DNA of 24,456 nt from Candidatus Saccharimonadales bacterium (GCA_035760845.1 DASTSD010000036.1:1-24456), one strand, 5' to 3'. Counted from the stretch's first letter, positions 1 to 9,031 are shown. Notes: generated by a model not told the origin, from the letters alone. Made by a program: numbers and translations.

Positions 1-1
1 C

Positions 2-352
2 TACGTAAAGGTCGGCCAGACTATCGAAGCCAAGATCATCTCGATCGACAAGGACCGTCTGAGCCTCAGTATCAAGCAGCTCACCAAGGACCCATGGCTT
101 GACGAAGTCGAGCAGTTCAAATCTGGCGACAAGGTCGAAGGTACGGTCACCCGTATCACTCCGTTCGGCGCGTTCGTACAGATCAGCCCAGCCGTTGAAG
201 CCCTCGTTCACATCAGCGAGCTTGGCGATGGCAACGACGTTGACCCGGAAAAGGTCTTCACGCTCAACGAGCGCAAGAGCTTCACCGTCCTCGACATCGA
301 CAAGGACAACCGCAAGATCTCTTTGAGCCTTGCCGACAAAAAGAAGAAATAA
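2..352 (+). CDS. rpsA: S1 RNA-binding domain protein (30S ribosomal protein S1-like), C-terminal part; 5' truncated by window
   Basis: Manual frame-2 translation YVKVGQTIEAKIISIDKDRLSLSIKQL...GDKVEGTVTRITPFGAFVQISPAVEALVHISEL...RKISLSL, stop TAA 350-352; tandem S1 domains. Confidence 0.85.
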   Translation, partial: YVKVGQTIEAKIISIDKDRLSLSIKQLTKDPWLDEVEQFKSGDKVEGTVTRITPFGAFVQISPAVEALVHISELGDGNDVDPEKVFTLNERKSFTVLDIDKDNRKISLSLADKKKK

Positions 353-408
353 AACTGGCCTAGCCAGACACGTTCGCCATAGTGGCGGGCAGAAAGGAGC
401 TTAAAAGC

Positions 409-2187
409 ATGAGCCAAGAAAAAGTACTTGTTGTCTCTGACTCGATTACTGTTGGCGAACTGGCCGAAACGCTCAATTTGCCCGTCACTACTTTGATTGG
501 GGAGTTGTTCAAGAACGGTATCGTCGCGACAATTAACCAACGAATTGATTTTGAGACCGCAACAATTATCGTCGAGGAGCTCGGCCTGGATGTCACGCTG
601 GAAAAGCGTGAAGCCAGCGCCCAGGCGCCCGAACGAAAGGTCCATCAGCTCAGCGACAAGGCGGTTGAACGGCCACCGATCGTCGCTGTCATGGGCCACG
701 TCGACCACGGTAAAACCAGCCTGCTCGACGCTATTCTTGATACCAAGACGACCGAGGGCGAGGCCGGCGGTATTACCCAGCACATCAGCGCCTACCAGAC
801 GATCCGGAACGATCGTTCTATAACACTGCTCGATACGCCGGGCCACGAGGCGTTTGCCGCGCTGAGACAGCACGGTGCGACCCTTACCGACGTCGTTATT
901 ATCGTGGTGGCGGCCGACGATGGCGTGAAACCGCAAACGATCGAGGCGATCCGCTTCGCGCGTGACGCCAACGCCAAGATGGTCGTTGCTATCAACAAAA
1001 TGGACAAAGACACGGCAAATCCCGGCCTTGTAAAGGGTCAGCTGGCCGAACAACAGGTTATTTCGGACGACAAGACCTGGGGTGGCGACACGCCAATGGT
1101 CGAGGTAAGCGCCAAGACGGGCCAGGGAATCGACAAACTGCTCGATACCGTACTGCTTGTTGCCGACCTCGAGGAGCTCAAGGCTGATATCGATGTTCCG
1201 GCCGAAGGCCTCGTGATCGAATCGCACATGGAAACTGGCCGCGGTGCCGTGGTTGGGCTGTTGGTCCAGCAGGGCAAGCTAAAACCCGGTCACTTCCTGG
1301 TGGCTGGCACGGCATATGGCAAGGTCCGTACGCTACTCGACTTCAAGGGCAAGGCGCTCAAAGAAGCCGGTCCTTCGACGCCTGTTACCGTTACCGGCTT
1401 CAAGGAATTGCCGCAATTCGGTGATATCTTTACTATCGTCAAAAGCGAAAAAGAAGCCCGCCAGACGACCGAGCGTGCTCGTATCGAACGCGAAAAGAGC
1501 GCTGCGACGACGAACGTCACTGGTGCCGACCTTCTTAAAATGATGAACCAAAAACACGAATCACAAGACGTGAACGTGATCGTAAAAGCCGACGTGCAAG
1601 GTTCGCTTACCTCTGTTATGGACAGCCTCCGCTTGGTAGATACCGGCGGTGAGGTGACGCTCCGTATCATCGGTAGCGGCGTAGGCAACATTTCGGAAAG
1701 CGATATTCGCTTGGCCGAAAGCAGCAACGCTATCATTTACGGCTTTAACGTCGAACTTCCACCTGCCGTCAAGCGTCTCGCGATGCGCGACAAGGTGCAG
1801 GTGCGCAACTTCCGCGTGATTTACGAACTGCTCGATGACGCCCGCCAGTCTATGGAGGCGCTACTTGCTCCAGAGGTAGTCGAAACCGAAATCGGTACAC
1901 TGACTATCAAGGGTGTCTTTAGGACCATGAAAGACCAAGTTATCGCCGGTGGTGAGATTACCAGTGGCAAAGCGATGCCGAACATCCTGGCCCGCGTCAA
2001 ACGCGGCGACGAACAAATCGCCGAAGTCGAAGTCATAAGCGTCCAGCGCCAACAGCAGGAAGCCAAAGAAGTCTTCGAGGGCGAAATGTGTGGCCTCTCA
2101 CTCAAGACCGAAAAGAAGCTCCTTATCGAAGAAGGCGACAAGCTCGAGTTCTTTACCCGTGAGCTCGTCAAGCGCACGCTCTCATAG
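409..2187 (+). CDS. infB: Translation initiation factor IF-2 (short N-terminus)
   Basis: [24 protein letters not shown] GTPase motifs; KADVQGS; ATG 409 preferred over GTG 382 because AAGGAG RBS lies at 394-399. Confidence 0.97.
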   Translation: MSQEKVLVVSDSITVGELAETLNLPVTTLIGELFKNGIVATINQRIDFETATIIVEELGLDVTLEKREASAQAPERKVHQLSDKAVERPPIVAVMGHVDHGKTSLLDAILDTKTTEGEAGGITQHISAYQTIRNDRSITLLDTPGHEAFAALRQHGATLTDVVIIVVAADDGVKPQTIEAIRFARDANAKMVVAINKMDKDTANPGLVKGQLAEQQVISDDKTWGGDTPMVEVSAKTGQGIDKLLDTVLLVADLEELKADIDVPAEGLVIESHMETGRGAVVGLLVQQGKLKPGHFLVAGTAYGKVRTLLDFKGKALKEAGPSTPVTVTGFKELPQFGDIFTIVKSEKEARQTTERARIEREKSAATTNVTGADLLKMMNQKHESQDVNVIVKADVQGSLTSVMDSLRLVDTGGEVTLRIIGSGVGNISESDIRLAESSNAIIYGFNVELPPAVKRLAMRDKVQVRNFRVIYELLDDARQSMEALLAPEVVETEIGTLTIKGVFRTMKDQVIAGGEITSGKAMPNILARVKRGDEQIAEVEVISVQRQQQEAKEVFEGEMCGLSLKTEKKLLIEEGDKLEFFTRELVKRTLS

Positions 2188-2198
2188 CCATAAGCATA

Positions 2199-2228
2199 TT
2201 GACAAAACCGCCCTTTTGGTGTAATAAT
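2199..2228 (+). promoter_or_regulatory. Putative sigma70 promoter for kinase gene
   Basis: TTGACA 2199-2204, then TG-T-AATAAT 2220-2228 in an AT-rich intergenic region. Confidence 0.55.
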
Positions 2229-2263
2229 TGTAGTAAATTACAATCAAAAACAAAAAGGGCATC

Positions 2264-3589
2264 ATGCAAAAAGAAACAGAGCAGAAACAAGACCAGCGCG
2301 AACGCGAAAAAAAGTTATTCGATAGTGCTATTGGTGACGCCTTAAGCGGTTACGCAAAGGATGGCGGTGACTGGGAAAAAGCGAAATGGGTCTTTGAAGA
2401 TGCGATCGAAAAAGGCATGCGCGTCGACGGCGCGCTCTATGTTGCCCTTGATGATATCCGCGAAGGCCATGAAGGCACACCTGAAGAGGCTGCCCGGCGT
2501 TTTTGGGAGAAGTTTCCCCTGGATAAAGCTATTGGCAGCGCCCTTACCGGCTATGCTAAAGATGGTGGCAGCTGGGAGCTGGCAAAATGGACGTTTAACA
2601 ATGCCCTGGAGGAGAAGACGGCTTTCTTGGACGTCGCGCTTGATAAGGCACTCGACGCTGCCCATGTAGGCGCTGAAACCACCAAAGAGGTAGCTGCCCG
2701 GAAGTTCTGGCGCGAACTTCACCCGTCATTCGTCGAAGCCGATATGGCAGAAGCCGACTTGGGTGATGGCGTGGAACTAGGTGAGCTGATTCACCGGCCG
2801 GACTGGAAAGGCCAAGCGGCAGGGACATTCGAGGGTGAAAAAGACGGACAGCCACTTATCGTTAAGCAGGGAATCGACGAGGAAGTTGGATACGAGCGCA
2901 GTATTCTGGCCGCCGTTGACTATCCGGGGATTCCAAAAGTACTCAGCTACACGCAAAAAAGCGATGCTCTTGACGGCTTGTCGCGCCTAGCGATGGAAAA
3001 GCTGCCCGGACGCTCACTAAAAGATCGCGTCGAAGTGAATGATCGCTGGGAGAGCAAGCCCATCGCTCCAGAGGCGGCAGTAGCAATTACCGACGGCGTG
3101 GCGGGCTGTTTTGACGCCTTGAACAAGGCGGGATATGTATACCGCGACCTGACGCTCGACCACGTGCTTGTCGATGAAGAAGGCGGCAAATATAAAGTAG
3201 GGCTAATCGACGTCGAAGCGAGCGAGCGCAAGGGTGCCGACGGCGTGGCGGAGATCGCCAACAGCGACCAAAAGCGTGGGACATGGGAGACCATGTCACC
3301 CGAAGAATTCGGTGACAATCCTAAGGTCGACGAACGCAGCAGTGTTTACTCGCTTAGCTGCCTGCTGAACCAACTGGTAGCAGGGGAATCGCCCTTTCAT
3401 GTGCCATATGAGGTCAGTGACGACGTAGGTGCCCGCCTTCGTTTTACGGAGTTCCTGCATAAGCGCGGCCCAAGCGTCCAAACCGAAGGCAAACTCGGCG
3501 AAGTAATCCGCACCGGTCTGCACCCCGACCCCGAGAAGCGCTATCAAACGATCCGCGACTTCAGGGAAGCGTTGGCAGCTGCTCTCTAG
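2264..3589 (+). CDS. Hanks-type Ser/Thr protein kinase-like protein with N-terminal 67-aa tandem repeat; atypical motifs, possible pseudokinase
   Basis: LIVK...YE, MEKLPG, VYRDLTLDHVLV, LIDVE, GTWETMSPE, SSVYSL, GESPF, PEKRYQT match subdomains II-XI in order. Confidence 0.85.
   Translation: MQKETEQKQDQREREKKLFDSAIGDALSGYAKDGGDWEKAKWVFEDAIEKGMRVDGALYVALDDIREGHEGTPEEAARRFWEKFPLDKAIGSALTGYAKDGGSWELAKWTFNNALEEKTAFLDVALDKALDAAHVGAETTKEVAARKFWRELHPSFVEADMAEADLGDGVELGELIHRPDWKGQAAGTFEGEKDGQPLIVKQGIDEEVGYERSILAAVDYPGIPKVLSYTQKSDALDGLSRLAMEKLPGRSLKDRVEVNDRWESKPIAPEAAVAITDGVAGCFDALNKAGYVYRDLTLDHVLVDEEGGKYKVGLIDVEASERKGADGVAEIANSDQKRGTWETMSPEEFGDNPKVDERSSVYSLSCLLNQLVAGESPFHVPYEVSDDVGARLRFTEFLHKRGPSVQTEGKLGEVIRTGLHPDPEKRYQTIRDFREALAAAL
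2327..2722 (+). repeat. Two tandem ~67-aa (201-nt period) repeats in the kinase N-terminus
   Basis: AIGDALSGYAKDGGDWEKAKWVF...EAARRFWEKF vs AIGSALTGYAKDGGSWELAKWTF...VAARKFWREL; GCTATTGG at 2327 and 2528. Confidence 0.95.
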
Positions 3590-3668
3590 GCCGTTTCAGC
3601 GCTATTTTTCGTCCTTTTCTATTGTTGTATTTCTTATGCTTTTTGTAGTATAATTTAAGTGGTACAAG

Positions 3669-3698
3669 TTGACAAAAACATAAAAAATATGGTAAAAT
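3669..3698 (+). promoter_or_regulatory. Near-consensus sigma70 promoter with extended -10 (possible second promoter TTGTAT 3625-3630 / TATAAT 3649-3654 upstream)
   Basis: TTGACA 3669-3674, 18-nt spacer, TGgTAAAAT 3690-3698; AAGGA RBS before ATG 3715. Confidence 0.75.
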
Positions 3699-3714
3699 AG
3701 TTAAAAGGACTCAT

Positions 3715-4044
3715 ATGGCTGGAGACGAGCTGGACCAATTCATAAATGAGATGCTGGACGCTAAAAAGCTATCTGGCGTTACTGAGGATGTCCGGGCGCA
3801 GCTGGTGAGCGATCTCAAGCAGCGCTTGCTGGACCAAATCAACAAGGCGCTCATTGACGCCCTGCCAGATGAGAAAATGGATGAATTCGAGCGCCTGCTC
3901 GATGACGAGTCTCTTACGGACGAACAAGTCCAGCAGTTTATTGTGAACTCAGGAGTTGACGTCAAGAAAGTAACGACCGTAACCATGCTTCGTTTTTATG
4001 ATTTATACGTAACACCGCCCGTTGCCGGAGGTGAGGGGGCCTAA
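3715..4044 (+). CDS. Small acidic helical protein, DUF5663-like
   Basis: 109 aa; LKQRLLDQINKALIDALPDEKMDEFERLLD resembles the LELRVGVRLSDGLSDEQLKEFESFVD core of 8588-9031; family assigned from recollection. Confidence 0.6.
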   Translation: MAGDELDQFINEMLDAKKLSGVTEDVRAQLVSDLKQRLLDQINKALIDALPDEKMDEFERLLDDESLTDEQVQQFIVNSGVDVKKVTTVTMLRFYDLYVTPPVAGGEGA

Positions 4045-4045
4045 C

Positions 4046-7000
4046 GTGGCCGAAACCCTTACTCGCACCCCCGACACAGCCGCCGAGCCGACGCGGCTTC
4101 ATTTGGTTTCTGTCGATCAGTCGTATGACGCACACCAGGCCGCACGCGATGCCGCCAATGAGCGGCTGACCGAGGAGCTTAATGAAGGCGGTCGTTTCAA
4201 GCGCATGCTCAAAAGCGTTTGGAAGGGTGGCGCGCTGCGTGAATACTACCAGCACAAATACACGCGCGAAGCCCAGGCGAATATTGAAGCAACAGGCAAC
4301 GTGCTACTCTACCAGGCGAGCACCGAGCAGTCGCAACGCGCACGCTGGGCGACGATCGACCGGTTCTTGAACGAAAACGACGAGGTCATTCACACCTCGG
4401 CGGGCGAGTCGCGTGAAGAAATTGCCTCTGATGCAGAGCTCAATCAGGAGGTTAAAGAACTTATTCGCCGCAATGTCGAAGGCGATCTCAGCGACGAGGC
4501 TATGGTCGAGGAAAAGGCCCGGCTGCTCGCCGCGTATCACGAAGCTCGCGGCGACCAGGCATTCGGCCGCGGTGTCGTGCAAGTAGACAACATGGTAGAA
4601 ATCGCGGCTGCCGTTAAGGGTGCCGTCGACCACGGCGAAAGCCTCGATGCCGTACTTGCCAACATGAAAATCAGCATGGGTGAAGCCCGTTCTGGCGTTC
4701 GCACCGAGGCTCGCTACAACAAGGTCGAGAAAATTGCCGACAAGCTCAGCCGTTCTCGCCTTGGCTCGCTGGTTGGCCCGGAGACCGTCGCGACAGCCAC
4801 GACGCTTGCTGCCAGCCTTTTGCGCTTCGGTAGCCACTCGGTCGTCGGCGCCGCTACCAAGACGATCGCACCTGGTATAGCTGCCGGTGCATGGGCGGGA
4901 CTGCGCGAAAACAAGCGTATGAAAGACGAGCGTGCGCAACATCTGCGCGAACGCGCCCAGGGCAAGGAAATCCAGGCCGGCTCGCGCCGTCGCGAACAGC
5001 TGGAAGAGACGCGCTATGAAACGGCGGCAGCCACCGATTTGACAGACATGCTCCGCCAGCACTTTGGCGAAGAAGCCGATTTTACCGCGTCAAAAGATGC
5101 TTACGAAGCGGCGATGGCCGCGCTGAGTGCCGTCGAGACGCGAATCTCGCTTTCGGACGAACGTAAGCTGGACCTTATCTCGTTTTCTGATGCCGGCATG
5201 GTCGAAGAGGAGCGGTTTGCTCTCGACCTTGCCCGGGCAGAGGCAAAAGTCGCCGCCCGCAACCGCTTGACCGACGACGTTCGCCGGGCGCTAGGCGTCG
5301 ACGCCGACCAAAGCCTTGAGGACATGATTAGCGAACGCTCCGAAGCGTTCCTTGAGTCCGTCGAAACCGATTTGTCGCAAAAAGACAAGGTATTCAAGCG
5401 CCTGAAGCGCCGCGAAGTAGCCAAGGCCGCCGCGAAAGGTGCGGTTATCGGGCTGGCCTTCGGGGCGATCACGCAGGAGGGTATTGCCGCACTATCCGAT
5501 ACTCGCCAAGGACTTATCGAGCAGGCGTGGGGTGCTACCGACCAGCCGTACGAGGGGACGATGCACCAGACGCTGCTGCATGGCCTGGTGCATGGTTCGG
5601 ACGGTGGTAACTTTACCGAGCTTCATCACGAACCTTCTGGTGACTATACGTCGCATGCTATCGGCGAGCACGGGACGATCTCGGTTTCGAGCGACCAGTC
5701 ACTCACCGAGAACGCCGACGGAACGCTCCTCCTCCGTGACCACAATGGCAATACCATCGCCGATAATCTGACAACCAATCGGGACGGTAGCCTGACAGCT
5801 GAGTCACTACAGCGCCTTAACGACAGCGGCTCGCATGTCGAGAATCTTTCGCACACGGTCGATCTTCCGCCGAAAGTCGAGACCCACCAGGGTTCGCTGA
5901 GCGAATACATGGATGCTCACAAGTCAGAAACGACCCATGTTTCGCGCGATTATTGGTACGATAACAACACCGAAAAGTTCGACAAGAACGAGCTAGGTCT
6001 TTGGTGGGGAGGTGAGAATAACAACGGCCTGACCGGGGATGGCGGATATCAATTTGATATCTCGCATATGACGCAGGGCGGCTCTTCGCACGACGGCCAA
6101 AACTTGGCATGGCAAGAAGCTGCGCGCCGGGGTGAACTCAAGCTGGCGATATCTGCCTCTGGCAATACGCAGACGCAAGTCTTTATGATTGATATCAACC
6201 CTGACGGTACGGCGACGATTCCGAAAGACAGCCCGGCTGCACAGTTCTTTAGTGAGCGCGGCGGCCAGGCGTCGTTTGATGGCAAGTATGCCGAGGTAGT
6301 CCAGACGACCAAGCCCGACGCTGACGGCGTAACGCACATCCGCCCGCTCGCGACGGAGGTCGGTAACGATACCGCGCGCACCGGTGATTTCCCGATTACC
6401 AAAGAAGTACCGGTTAAAGAATTCCGCCCTGAATACAAAATTACCAGTAATGGTTACGATACTCAGGAAGGTCAACCGACGTTCACCGAAATGGCGCCGG
6501 TTATTCCGCTTGTTCCGCGTAGGGCGCTGGAAGTTGTCCAGCGGGTTGAGCGCCCTGGCTACTATTACGGCTACGATTCCAGCCCTGAGCGCCTGCGTCG
6601 TTTCCGCAAAGAAGAGTGTTCGCCGCGCCTTAACCGCGATCCTAAAGCGCGTCTTAATCCCCGCGAAGAACTTGATTGGCACCGTGGTGAAATCCGCCGC
6701 AGGGCTGGTGCTGACTACGCCGATGGCGTCGACAGGGCGATCGATGATTCGCCAGAGCTTAGGAGCCTTCCTGCTGACACGAAGGCTATCGTGACGATTC
6801 CGATTGCCGCTGCCTCTGAGAGCGACAACATTTATCGCACGCTGGCATCATACGCGGGCCAGGACGCTGAGCTTGATCGTACGACGATCCTGCTTCACGT
6901 CAACTGGTTCGATAGTGCCGAGGGCGATCCCGCAAAAGCAGCGAGCATCCAAAAGACTTGGGACGAGATTGAGCGCGCCCGACGCGATTTCCCTCAGCTA

Positions 7001-8119
7001 AGGATCGCCACGATGAAGTCGGTCTGGGAAGAGGCAAAGAAGCGAAGCGGCGAATACGGTGACGGTATTGCCGGTCACATGGCTCGAAAGATGTACGACA
7101 CGGCGCTCATGAGCGTCCAGCGCGCCATGGCTGAAGGCCGGATGGACGACGACCACGAGGTGTTACTGATCCGCAACGACTCCGACGCGCAGGGTATCCG
7201 CCGTACGTACCTGCAGAATATGATCAAGAGCTTTGAGCAGCACCCGGAAAACGACGTGTTTACGGGCGCGATACGCTGGGGAACCGAGCGTCACACCGAT
7301 CTGCCGGGCTTTGCATTCGTTTCTAACTTCCGTGAGGTGATGCACATCGCGACCAAGCGGCGCGGCGTCAATGTTTGGCCGCCAACGGTGGGTATTAACA
7401 CGGCTGTCCGCATGTCGACGTTCGCTGCCGTCAACGGTATCGGCTACGATCCTAAGCGAACGGGCATCGGCACCGACGATTACAACATCGGCGGCCGCAT
7501 AAAAGACGCCCGTCAGATTGACGTATGGCGTGCCCGTGCGATGCGTCACTTCTGGAACCTTCGCTCTAATTCGGGCCGTACGCCTAACACTTATGGCTAT
7601 GGCTACCCAGCGGAAATGACACATGAGGACTACTCGTATCACCGCCATGTCGGCGGCGCTGATATCGATACGGCGCCTGACCGCCTTGAAAAAGCTTACT
7701 TGGCAGGAATTCCGATTACCCGTGCATGGGACAACTGGGGCAACCAGCTTCGTGACGAAGGCCTTGTCCGTGGTGCGACGGAGAATCTTCGCAGCAACCC
7801 AGGCGAAGTCATTTCACGCGTCGAAGCTGATATGAGCGCGTCGTTCACCGAGCGCTTCCACGACCGCGCGCATGTACGCGCCGGGCTGGCCGCCGTCTTA
7901 CCAACAAGTATTGGTGGTCGTCCTGCATACACTATTACTCGTACGAGCGGGGGAATGGTGTTCAGGTTTACGCCTGAAGGCCGGGCTTGGTTCGTGAACC
8001 GGCTACAACGCGACTCAAAGGGCCGGTATGATCCTATTGGCCGGCGCGTAAGGCGCAAGCTGTACCACGAGACGAATGGTGGCCGCGCACCGCGCACGAG
8101 CCAGCCATTGATGGTCTAG
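4046..8119 (+). CDS. Giant (~1,357 aa) multidomain protein: helical N-terminus, two Gly/Ala-rich hydrophobic segments, beta-rich middle region, C-terminal GT-A/GT2-like glycosyltransferase domain
   Basis: Long ORF; GTG 4046 lies 1 nt after upstream TAA with GGAGGTGAGG RBS; IVTIPIAAASESDNIYRTL, LLIRNDSD (DxD 7178-7186), VFTG, GINTAVR, GTDDYNIGGRI fit GT-A motif order. Confidence 0.75.
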   Translation: MAETLTRTPDTAAEPTRLHLVSVDQSYDAHQAARDAANERLTEELNEGGRFKRMLKSVWKGGALREYYQHKYTREAQANIEATGNVLLYQASTEQSQRARWATIDRFLNENDEVIHTSAGESREEIASDAELNQEVKELIRRNVEGDLSDEAMVEEKARLLAAYHEARGDQAFGRGVVQVDNMVEIAAAVKGAVDHGESLDAVLANMKISMGEARSGVRTEARYNKVEKIADKLSRSRLGSLVGPETVATATTLAASLLRFGSHSVVGAATKTIAPGIAAGAWAGLRENKRMKDERAQHLRERAQGKEIQAGSRRREQLEETRYETAAATDLTDMLRQHFGEEADFTASKDAYEAAMAALSAVETRISLSDERKLDLISFSDAGMVEEERFALDLARAEAKVAARNRLTDDVRRALGVDADQSLEDMISERSEAFLESVETDLSQKDKVFKRLKRREVAKAAAKGAVIGLAFGAITQEGIAALSDTRQGLIEQAWGATDQPYEGTMHQTLLHGLVHGSDGGNFTELHHEPSGDYTSHAIGEHGTISVSSDQSLTENADGTLLLRDHNGNTIADNLTTNRDGSLTAESLQRLNDSGSHVENLSHTVDLPPKVETHQGSLSEYMDAHKSETTHVSRDYWYDNNTEKFDKNELGLWWGGENNNGLTGDGGYQFDISHMTQGGSSHDGQNLAWQEAARRGELKLAISASGNTQTQVFMIDINPDGTATIPKDSPAAQFFSERGGQASFDGKYAEVVQTTKPDADGVTHIRPLATEVGNDTARTGDFPITKEVPVKEFRPEYKITSNGYDTQEGQPTFTEMAPVIPLVPRRALEVVQRVERPGYYYGYDSSPERLRRFRKEECSPRLNRDPKARLNPREELDWHRGEIRRRAGADYADGVDRAIDDSPELRSLPADTKAIVTIPIAAASESDNIYRTLASYAGQDAELDRTTILLHVNWFDSAEGDPAKAASIQKTWDEIERARRDFPQLRIATMKSVWEEAKKRSGEYGDGIAGHMARKMYDTALMSVQRAMAEGRMDDDHEVLLIRNDSDAQGIRRTYLQNMIKSFEQHPENDVFTGAIRWGTERHTDLPGFAFVSNFREVMHIATKRRGVNVWPPTVGINTAVRMSTFAAVNGIGYDPKRTGIGTDDYNIGGRIKDARQIDVWRARAMRHFWNLRSNSGRTPNTYGYGYPAEMTHEDYSYHRHVGGADIDTAPDRLEKAYLAGIPITRAWDNWGNQLRDEGLVRGATENLRSNPGEVISRVEADMSASFTERFHDRAHVRAGLAAVLPTSIGGRPAYTITRTSGGMVFRFTPEGRAWFVNRLQRDSKGRYDPIGRRVRRKLYHETNGGRAPRTSQPLMV

Positions 8120-8189
8120 TGAATGTTGTAAAATCGCAGCGTAGTGTATAATAAGCCATAAGCGTAAGTAATATAAAGAGGTGGGAACG

Positions 8190-8534
8190 GTGCAACAGCA
8201 AGATATCGACAAGTTAACGACACTTCGTCAGACAATCCTAGATAACCTAGTGCCGCTCATGGACAGCAATTCGCTGGAGCCTATGGACAGGTTCAGGCTG
8301 CTTTCGCGCCTGGCGCAGGCACAGGGCAAGCCGGAATTCTACGAGAAGGCATTTGAGGCGGCAAGCCGCCTTGAGGGTGACGACAAGCTGCAGTCATATA
8401 TGAGCCTCCTTGATGACGTTGACTACGAAATCGATACGGCCGTCAGCAGCACGGAAGGGGCGCCGCAAACGCAGCCTACCCCCCAACCACAACCAGCTCC
8501 GCAGCCTGCCCAGCAGGACAACTTCCAGCAGTAA
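8190..8534 (+). CDS. Small helical-repeat hypothetical protein with Pro/Gln-rich tail
   Basis: ORF 8181-8534; GAGGTG RBS at 8178-8183 favours GTG 8190; TATAAT at 8147-8152; tail PQTQPTPQPQPAPQPAQQ. Confidence 0.75.
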   Translation: MQQQDIDKLTTLRQTILDNLVPLMDSNSLEPMDRFRLLSRLAQAQGKPEFYEKAFEAASRLEGDDKLQSYMSLLDDVDYEIDTAVSSTEGAPQTQPTPQPQPAPQPAQQDNFQQ

Positions 8535-8587
8535 GTGGAAACTCCTCTTCTCGTGTAGTAAACTGGAGAGAGTAGAGGAGATAAATA

Positions 8588-9031
8588 ATGTTTCAATTAG
8601 ATGAACAGTTTCTCAAGGACCTGGGGTTGGATCAACTGCCGCAGGACCAAAAGCAGGCGTTTCTTGACCATATTTATAGCGAATTGGAGCTTCGAGTAGG
8701 AGTGCGACTTTCGGACGGGCTGAGCGATGAGCAGCTTAAGGAGTTCGAATCTTTCGTAGATCGTGACGACCAAAAGGTACAGGCGTGGATTGCCGCGCAT
8801 ACGCCCGACTACCGGAACGATCAAAGTTACCAGCAGCTCAAGCAAAATGCACCGCAAGGCGCAGACGAGCGGGCGCTGCTTGCAGAGTATGCATCGTTAA
8901 AGTGGCTGGGGCTTAACCGCCCTAACTACCGTGAAGTTGTCTCGCAGGTGCTTGAAGACCTCAAGCGAGAGATCATGAGCAATCGCGACACGCTCCTTAG
9001 CGACGACACCAATCAAGCGACGGCGGTATAG
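8588..9031 (+). CDS. DUF5663-family protein (CPR-associated)
   Basis: MFQLDEQFLKDLGLDQLPQDQKQAFLDHIYSELELRVGVRLSDGLSDEQLKEF is typical of the family as recalled; AGAGGAG RBS 8574-8580. Confidence 0.8.
   Translation: MFQLDEQFLKDLGLDQLPQDQKQAFLDHIYSELELRVGVRLSDGLSDEQLKEFESFVDRDDQKVQAWIAAHTPDYRNDQSYQQLKQNAPQGADERALLAEYASLKWLGLNRPNYREVVSQVLEDLKREIMSNRDTLLSDDTNQATAV

Noticed and set aside
382-2187. Short IF-2 N-terminus and no adjacent nusA/rbfA as a novelty
   Set aside because: Short IF-2 and rearranged operons are common in reduced genomes; absence from the genome cannot be judged from one window.
8461-8520. PQ-rich low-complexity repeat
   Set aside because: Ordinary disordered tail with irregular DNA periodicity.
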